This document shows positions 57,915 to 64,000 of a DNA stretch of 64,000 nucleotides, piece after piece. The position numbers and the translations under genes were made by a program. This stretch comes from Minisyncoccota bacterium (lineage in GTDB: Bacteria > Patescibacteriota > Minisyncoccia > Phycocordibacterales > UBA9973), in contig JAGOUX010000001.1 of the NCBI GenBank assembly GCA_018061035.1, positions 6,817 to 70,816 on the forward strand, in the 5' to 3' direction. Under the pieces are notes generated by a model. The model did not search any database. It was not told where the DNA came from and saw nothing but the letters and a program-made list of their open reading frames with translations. Each line of letters begins with the position of its first letter. Position 1 is the first letter of the stretch.

Positions 57915-59345
57915 TTATTTTAGCATTTCCTTAAGCAACTTTATAACGATCTGTGGGTTGGCTGATCCATTTGATTCTTTGATGACCTTGCCCACGAGTG
58001 ACATTATCGCATTCTCCTTGCCGGCTTTATATGTGGCCACGACTTCGGGATTTGCATCTATCATTTTCTGTACTATCTCTTTGAGCGCTCCTTCATCATT
58101 ACTCTGCAGCATATTCTTTTCGGTCGCTATTTTAAGTGGAGACTCATCAGAAACTACAATCATCGCAAGAATATCCTTGGCTCCACGAGAAGAAATTTTA
58201 CTTTCGGCAATCAAGCCGACAAGCTCCCCAAAATTTAGAGGTGAAGGAAGCTTGGCATTAGAATTTGCCTTCTTGAGTCCCGTAAAGTCAGAGGTAATAT
58301 AGTTTGATGCAATTTTAATTTTTTCCTTGTCGACGAGGATCTTAGAAACTTCTTCGAACCATACTCCGAGCTCAGGATCATTCACATACACTTCGATATC
58401 TTCTGCTTTAATGCCGAAATTATTCATATATCTTTCTCTCTTCTCGGCTGGCAGCTCAGGCAAATTTTTCTTCATAGCCTCGAGATCGAAAGCTTCGTGA
58501 AGTTTCATTTTTGGCAGATCAGGATCGGGGAAATATCGGTAGTCTTCACTGGACTCCTTTTTGCGCTGAGAGAATGTTTTCTGCTTGGCTTCATCCCAGC
58601 CTCGTGTCTCCTTTACTATTTCTTCTTCTTTGCCGGCTTCTATGAGCTCAATCATTCTCTCTATCTCGTATTTGATCGCTTTCTCGACAGTCTTGAATGA
58701 GTTAAGGTTCTTCACCTCGACATAACTCTTGGACATTTTGTTCGGATCAGCAGACACAGAAACGTTCGCCTCTACACGCATCTCACCTTTCTCCATATTC
58801 GCTTCTGAAGCTCCGAGATACCAGAGCAAAAGCTGATACTCTTTCGCGAATACGCTCGCTGCTTTGGCAGCCTCGTCTCCAGTATCAAATGTATGCGCAC
58901 CGGTTACCAGCTCCATCAGTGGCACTCCTGCTCGGTTGAAATCTATCAAAGAGAAATCTCCACGATCATGTTTGTTGTTCGCTGTGTCTTCCTCGAGGTG
59001 TATACGAGTAACTTTCATCCCCGCCAAGGCACCGCCTGAGACTATTGGATATTTGTATTGCGAGATCTGGTAGCCCTTTGGTATGTCGGGATAGAAATAG
59101 TTTTTGCGATCAAATTCAGAAAAGTCCGCGATATTGGCGCCAATTGCTAGACCCACCTTGATCACATTCTCTATTGCCTGCTTATTAGGTACAGGCAGAG
59201 CTCCCGGATGTGCCATGCACACAGGACATATATTAGTATTCGGATTCTCTTCATCAGGATCGTTTTTGCAGGAGCAAAACATCTTGGTTTTGGTCTTAAG
59301 TTCCGCGTGAATCTCAAGTCCAATTGTCGGATAATATTTGGTCAT
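57915..59345 (-). CDS. gatB: Asp-tRNA(Asn)/Glu-tRNA(Gln) amidotransferase subunit B
   Basis: N-terminal IGLEIHAELKT, C-terminal YqeY-like helical domain. Confidence 0.9.
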   Translation of the reverse strand: MTKYYPTIGLEIHAELKTKTKMFCSCKNDPDEENPNTNICPVCMAHPGALPVPNKQAIENVIKVGLAIGANIADFSEFDRKNYFYPDIPKGYQISQYKYPIVSGGALAGMKVTRIHLEEDTANNKHDRGDFSLIDFNRAGVPLMELVTGAHTFDTGDEAAKAASVFAKEYQLLLWYLGASEANMEKGEMRVEANVSVSADPNKMSKSYVEVKNLNSFKTVEKAIKYEIERMIELIEAGKEEEIVKETRGWDEAKQKTFSQRKKESSEDYRYFPDPDLPKMKLHEAFDLEAMKKNLPELPAEKRERYMNNFGIKAEDIEVYVNDPELGVWFEEVSKILVDKEKIKIASNYITSDFTGLKKANSNAKLPSPLNFGELVGLIAESKISSRGAKDILAMIVVSDESPLKIATEKNMLQSNDEGALKEIVQKMIDANPEVVATYKAGKENAIMSLVGKVIKESNGSANPQIVIKLLKEMLK

Positions 59346-59346
59346 T

Positions 59347-60360
59347 TTATTTTTTCTTTAAAATTTTTGCTAATTCATCACCAAACTCCTTCACTGATTC
59401 GTCGTCGAATAGTGACAGTACGAAAACTTTCTTTGCAATCTTTTTAAATTCTTTTTGAACTTTGCTGATTAACTTTGGATCTTCAATCACATCGGTCTTG
59501 GTAAGCACAATGATCTCTTCTTTTTCAGAGAGCCCGTCATCTGAGAGACCGAGATTTTTGTCATACTTTGCAAGCTCTTTTCTGATTTCCTTATACACCT
59601 TTAACATTCCAGCCGGACTGGATGATTTCAGATTCTCGAATGATACGAGGTGCGCTAGCATCTTGGTGCGCTTGATGTGTCGTAGGAATTTTGCTCCCAG
59701 ACCCTTGCCCTCGGATGCACCTTCAATGATACCTGGAATATCTGCGATAATGTACCCATAAAAATCTCCGAGGTTTGGATCGAGTGTAGTGAATGCATAA
59801 TCGCCCACTTTCGCATCGGCATTGGTGATCGAGTTGAGAAGTGAAGACTTGCCGGCATTCGGTAAGCCGATAAGTCCTATATCCGCAAAAAGCTCGAGCT
59901 CGATCTTGAATGTTCCTCTCTCTCCTTCCTGTCCTGGCTTCCATTCCTGTGGAGTAGTATTAACTGAACTTTTGAAATGTTCATTACCGAATCCTCCGTA
60001 GCCACCCTTCAATACCATTATCTTCTCTCCTTCTTCTGTGAGTGTCCATGTTTCATCGGTATCGAGGTTGGTAATGATAGAGCCGATCGGAAGATCAAGT
60101 ACGAAATCCTCGCCATTGGCGCCATGGAGAGATTTGTTTCCGCCATCCTCACCCTTGCCTGCAGCGAAACTCTTCTTGGCTTTATATTTAGAAAGTACAT
60201 GCACATCTCGTACAGCATGCACGTAAAAATTGCCTCCACGTCCGCCGTCTCCTCCGGAAGGTCCGCCTTTGGGTACGAATTTTTCCTGGCGCCATCTAAC
60301 GACGCCATTTCCTCCCTGCCCAGCCTGGGCTTCTATTTTCATTTCATCAATAAATGCCAT
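59347..60360 (-). CDS. obg: GTPase Obg
   Basis: Obg fold Gly-rich N-domain (GQGGNG, GGRGGN) and G-domain motifs GLPNAGKSS and DIPG. Confidence 0.85.
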   Translation of the reverse strand: MAFIDEMKIEAQAGQGGNGVVRWRQEKFVPKGGPSGGDGGRGGNFYVHAVRDVHVLSKYKAKKSFAAGKGEDGGNKSLHGANGEDFVLDLPIGSIITNLDTDETWTLTEEGEKIMVLKGGYGGFGNEHFKSSVNTTPQEWKPGQEGERGTFKIELELFADIGLIGLPNAGKSSLLNSITNADAKVGDYAFTTLDPNLGDFYGYIIADIPGIIEGASEGKGLGAKFLRHIKRTKMLAHLVSFENLKSSSPAGMLKVYKEIRKELAKYDKNLGLSDDGLSEKEEIIVLTKTDVIEDPKLISKVQKEFKKIAKKVFVLSLFDDESVKEFGDELAKILKKK

Positions 60361-60437
60361 CCCGATAGTAAAATTTAAATAATAAGCTCTATACCTACGA
60401 CTCCCGTGCAATCAAAATTTACTACGGGACAGGTATA

Positions 60438-61337
60438 TTATGATTCTAGCGCAATTTGAGCTAATTTGATAGCTCCCTCTTTGGATTGAGCTCCACAAAG
60501 GTAAAGTGCGTTGTGACAAAAAATTGCATCAGACACTCCAGTAACTTTCTGAAATTCTTCTCCCTTTAGTCCACCCCAAGACTTTGGCAGGTCCTTTCTG
60601 TTTTGGAAAGTCTTAATATCAGATCGAATTGCCTTCACTCCCCAGGTGCCATCTGTTTTTCTAGGATAGATAGCATAGAGGGGCTCGGAAAAATTATGAA
60701 GGAAAAATTCAAATGGGTAATTATCATCAAGTACAATTATTCTTTTGTCTTTTGTCTTCTGGTAAATGGCTGTGAGTTTATCCAAGGCAAGCATCATGTC
60801 GCTAGCTTGGATTATTTCTCTGCTTAAAATCATTTTCGCTATATCCACGCATTTTGGAAATATCGCATCTCTATCCTGATCTTCTTCTCGCCAGGTTGGA
60901 TAGAATGCAAAAAATACATGCTGCATTAAATATGGCGCAACTGAAGATGTATTCTTCACAATATCAATACCATTGTCCCAGGAATCTATCGGGCATGCCA
61001 CTTTAAAATCAATCATATCTGCAACCTTATTAGATCCACACAATTCAACTCCGAATTTCTTCCAGACCAATCCAAAGGAAGAATATTTAATGCTGTTCTC
61101 TCTCTGCCCTGCACCCCCTAACTGATGATGGTCAAATCTATTCTTCTCTTGATCATATATACCACCCACATCAAATACATAATCACCTGACGCAATAATA
61201 GATTCATCCCGAGATCGAATTATCTCAAATGTTTCTCCTCTCTTTTCAAGTAGTAATGACAAAGCAGCAGCCGCGAATATATCGTCAGTGTGAAAGGATC
61301 CATTATGTGTTACTAGTTTTTTAATTGGTGTTTGCAT
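60438..61337 (-). CDS. MYG1/UPF0160-family metal-dependent hydrolase
   Basis: THNGSFHTDD and DHHQ motifs. Confidence 0.65.
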   Translation of the reverse strand: MQTPIKKLVTHNGSFHTDDIFAAAALSLLLEKRGETFEIIRSRDESIIASGDYVFDVGGIYDQEKNRFDHHQLGGAGQRENSIKYSSFGLVWKKFGVELCGSNKVADMIDFKVACPIDSWDNGIDIVKNTSSVAPYLMQHVFFAFYPTWREEDQDRDAIFPKCVDIAKMILSREIIQASDMMLALDKLTAIYQKTKDKRIIVLDDNYPFEFFLHNFSEPLYAIYPRKTDGTWGVKAIRSDIKTFQNRKDLPKSWGGLKGEEFQKVTGVSDAIFCHNALYLCGAQSKEGAIKLAQIALES

Positions 61338-61929
61338 CTTCAAATTCTTCAAATAATTCATAAAGCCAGCCGACCATCTTGTCGAATATCATAAAGACAA
61401 TTATGAGTACGAGGATGATCATCGAGAACCTCCATATCTCTCGACTGACATGTAGCGCAGTATAGCTGAAAAAATATCCTAGTGCCATCATAAATGGTGC
61501 CCATATAATAGTAGCCCAAAATTCTGCACGGAGATATTTGCGATAACTTACCCGCTCAAAACCAGAATACAGTATCACGAGATGGTTCGCTCCGAGAATA
61601 AATTTGGAAATAAATATAGACCAAAATGGTTTCCTTTTAAATTTCGGCAATATTCTAGAAACTCTTTTCTGCATATATCTGAAAAATTTACTTTTGTTAT
61701 ATCGCTCATAGCAAAATTTGCCTATGGCATATCCCGCCAAAGTTTTTGTAAATGCTCCTGCTAAAATTATAAAAAATGACGCAGTGGGATTCAGAGCCCC
61801 CAAGTGAGCCAGAATGCCCACAGATATGACAGTCACTTCTCCTTCCAACAATACCCCTACATATATAAGAGCATGTGCTAGTATCGCATGATGCTCTACC
61901 AAACTAATTAGAAGATTTACAGTATGCAT
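61321..61929 (-). CDS. Multi-TM membrane protein (DedA/SNARE-associated-like)
   Basis: 202 aa, 4-5 hydrophobic segments. Confidence 0.35.
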   Translation of the reverse strand: MHTVNLLISLVEHHAILAHALIYVGVLLEGEVTVISVGILAHLGALNPTASFFIILAGAFTKTLAGYAIGKFCYERYNKSKFFRYMQKRVSRILPKFKRKPFWSIFISKFILGANHLVILYSGFERVSYRKYLRAEFWATIIWAPFMMALGYFFSYTALHVSREIWRFSMIILVLIIVFMIFDKMVGWLYELFEEFEDANTN

Positions 61930-62007
61930 CGCAGTACTAAATTTTAAAGTTGTTAATTTGTGTGGTCATATAATGTTCCGTGAATTTAGTACGGGACAAG
62001 TAATATA

Positions 62008-62457
62008 TTAGAAGAGCGAGTCGACGGCTTCTTTTACTGTACTGCCATCCGCTTTGCCTTTGAGATCTTTCATAAGAGCCGACATAAGCATACCCTTTTT
62101 TGTCGGATCTGTGATACCTAGTTCTATTTTTTTTGCTTGTGCTATTGATTTGACTTCATCAAGCTCCATCATTTTTGGCAAGTAAGTCTCTAAGATTGAA
62201 AGTTCTGCCTGCTCTTCGGCCACTAGATCTTCTCGGCCACCCTTTTGGAATTGTTCAATGGAATCTTTGCGCTGTTTTGCGAGCTTGGTGATTACCACCA
62301 TTGCTTCTTCATCAGTGAGCATTTCTTGAGGAGTCTTGCCTTTCACTCCGAGTTCATATGTAAATGCTGCAGACATTGCGCGGAATGCTTTTAATTTTAT
62401 TGCATCTTTGGCCATCATTGCTTCTTTGATGCCTGATTTGATTTGTTCGTGTAACAT
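62008..62457 (-). CDS. GatB/YqeY-domain protein
   Basis: 149-aa YqeY-like helical protein. Confidence 0.7.
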   Translation of the reverse strand: MLHEQIKSGIKEAMMAKDAIKLKAFRAMSAAFTYELGVKGKTPQEMLTDEEAMVVITKLAKQRKDSIEQFQKGGREDLVAEEQAELSILETYLPKMMELDEVKSIAQAKKIELGITDPTKKGMLMSALMKDLKGKADGSTVKEAVDSLF

Positions 62458-62494
62458 GGTTCTATTATATCAAAGTGTGTTAAAATAACCCAAT

Positions 62495-63220
62495 ATGAGC
62501 AAGACTAAAAAACTAATATTTTTTGATACAGAGACCACAGGCATAGGCGACGAGGACCGTTTGTGTCAAATTGCATACAAAATAAATGAGGAAAGCTTTA
62601 TGGGTATGTATAAACCACCTCTTCCTATACCACCTGGTGCATCTGCCGTACATCACATCACCAACGAAATGGTAGAAAGTAAATCATCTTTTATCGAGTC
62701 ATCTGATTTTCAATTAATGAAAGAATTGTTTGAACACCCAGAATCGATATTGATAGCGCACAATATGCCCTTCGATTATGCAATGATAAAAAAAGAAGGT
62801 ATAGAACCCAAGAATACTATCTGTACTCTCCGTGTCGCGAGGCATTTGGATAAAAATGGCAAACTCGCCAAACATAATCTCCAATTCCTGCGCTATGCAC
62901 TCGGAATAGAAATAGAAGCGACAGCACATGATGCTCTCGGTGATGTCCTAGTAATGGAACAATTATTCCAGAGACTTCTAAAAAAGATTGTTGAAGAAGA
63001 GAAAGTCACAGAAAGTGAAGCTATCGAAAAAATGATAGAAATATCTTCCAAGCCTTCCCTGCTTCGAAATATCAGCTTCGGCAAGCATGCTGGTAAAAAA
63101 ATTGAGGAAGTACTACAGACTGACAAAGGATATCTGGAATGGCTATTGTCACAAAAAGAACAAAAACCAAAAGGCGAAGATGACTGGATATACACACTCC
63201 GGCACTATCTCGGCAAATAG
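62495..63220 (+). CDS. DEDDh 3'-5' exonuclease (DnaQ-like) with C-terminal extension
   Basis: Exo I LIFFDTETTG, Exo II, and Exo III with H-x4-D (AHDALGD). Confidence 0.7.
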   Translation: MSKTKKLIFFDTETTGIGDEDRLCQIAYKINEESFMGMYKPPLPIPPGASAVHHITNEMVESKSSFIESSDFQLMKELFEHPESILIAHNMPFDYAMIKKEGIEPKNTICTLRVARHLDKNGKLAKHNLQFLRYALGIEIEATAHDALGDVLVMEQLFQRLLKKIVEEEKVTESEAIEKMIEISSKPSLLRNISFGKHAGKKIEEVLQTDKGYLEWLLSQKEQKPKGEDDWIYTLRHYLGK

Positions 63221-63369
63221 ACTATTAACATAATATAAAATTAGTATCCAATCCTTCACCGAAGAGCCCAATCTCCATCGGTACTTTTTCGTATTTGACA
63301 TTCATACGACTAGAATGCAGAATTGAAACGAGTGTACATCTAAATGGCCATTTTGGCCGGAAAGGTAAT

Positions 63370-63654
63370 ATGGCAGCGATTCCAAAGATTAAGGACGAGG
63401 TGTTCTTCAACGTCAACGAGGAAGGGATCCGCGCAGTTGGGGTCACGAATGAGGCCGGCGTCTTCATCGACGTCATGCCCGAAGAACCTCCTCAGGGCGC
63501 CGACGTGAGCGAAGCCGATCTAGCCAAGTGGCTGGCGGATGAGATCGATCCGACTGGCTTCAGCCAGATTGAGGTCGTGAAGGTCAAAAACGATCCGTTG
63601 ACCTTCAGAATTGATGACGCCAAAACTGGCGAGCTCCTTGACGCCAGCGAGTAG
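63370..63654 (+). CDS. Hypothetical acidic protein (GC-rich island E)
   Basis: 94-aa GC-rich ORF with SD GGAAAGG 5 nt upstream, a TTGACA -35-like hexamer at 63295, and a GC hairpin at 63665-63690 downstream. Confidence 0.4.
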   Translation: MAAIPKIKDEVFFNVNEEGIRAVGVTNEAGVFIDVMPEEPPQGADVSEADLAKWLADEIDPTGFSQIEVVKVKNDPLTFRIDDAKTGELLDASE

Positions 63655-64000
63655 ACAAGAAGATAGGGTGGCGACCACACGGTCGCCACCCTCGCGAGAA
63701 AATATATCAAGCACCGAAGAGCATATGCCCGATCGGTGCTTTCTTCGTTTTACCCTTAATGTGCTAAAATATATGGACTTGTCCCGTTATAAATTTAGCT
63801 CGCGGGATTTTGTAAATAAAGATTATTAATTAAAATTTATAATGGGATGCAAATTATTTGGATATTATTGGGAGTTATCGCAGGAGGCCTAGTAGCATAT
63901 GCTATCCTAGGAAAAAAGAGAGATGATTCAAATGGAGCCAAGGATCAATCCTTACTTCTTCTTCAGCAACAAATGGCCGAGCTCGCGAGAGCCCTTGATT

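Overview
This is a low-GC, gene-dense bacterial chromosome segment, roughly high-30s % GC by eye, with housekeeping genes mostly on the minus strand. I did not see a candidate for a large novel multi-gene system. The gene content suggests a reduced, Gram-positive-like or CPR/Patescibacteria-like organism, but this is inference. Recognisable content, left to right: PBP2 transpeptidase; a MacAB-like ABC exporter with a HlyD adaptor; gdhA; a sortase next to an LPXTG Cys-repeat surface protein; CYTH, HD, HAD and VOC enzymes; tRNA-Gln; dnaX, dus, ftsQ-like, serS, dprA, topA, rel, parB; tRNA-Leu; murA, miaA, murI, HIT; tRNA-Trp; rpmG, alr, ddl, an M24 peptidase, rseP, frr, a holB-like gene, mreB and a PriA-like gene with degenerate ATPase motifs; rsmI; the complete F1Fo ATP-synthase operon (atpIBEFHAGDC order on the minus strand); zinc-ribbon membrane proteins; tRNA-Ile; an RRM protein; prfA, rpmE, a coiled-coil/SLT protein, rplY, a FAD oxidase, fba, gatB, obg, a MYG1-family protein and a DEDDh exonuclease. 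I could not run searches, so all protein family names rest on motifs I recognised by eye. The main hunt results are four. (1) A MITE-like repeat family with at least 7 copies. It has CCGTTAGA...TCTAACGG terminal inverted repeats and 5-7 bp target-site duplications. Most copies sit exactly at gene start codons and carry an in-frame upstream ORF that ends at a TAA 4-5 nt before the main ATG. (2) An identical 23-24 bp perfect palindrome inserted in-frame into two unrelated genes (dus and rsmI). (3) A CTAG-rich intergenic repeat present twice. (4) Five small GC-rich islands carrying GC-rich genes, sigma70-like promoters and GC hairpin terminators, which look horizontally acquired.
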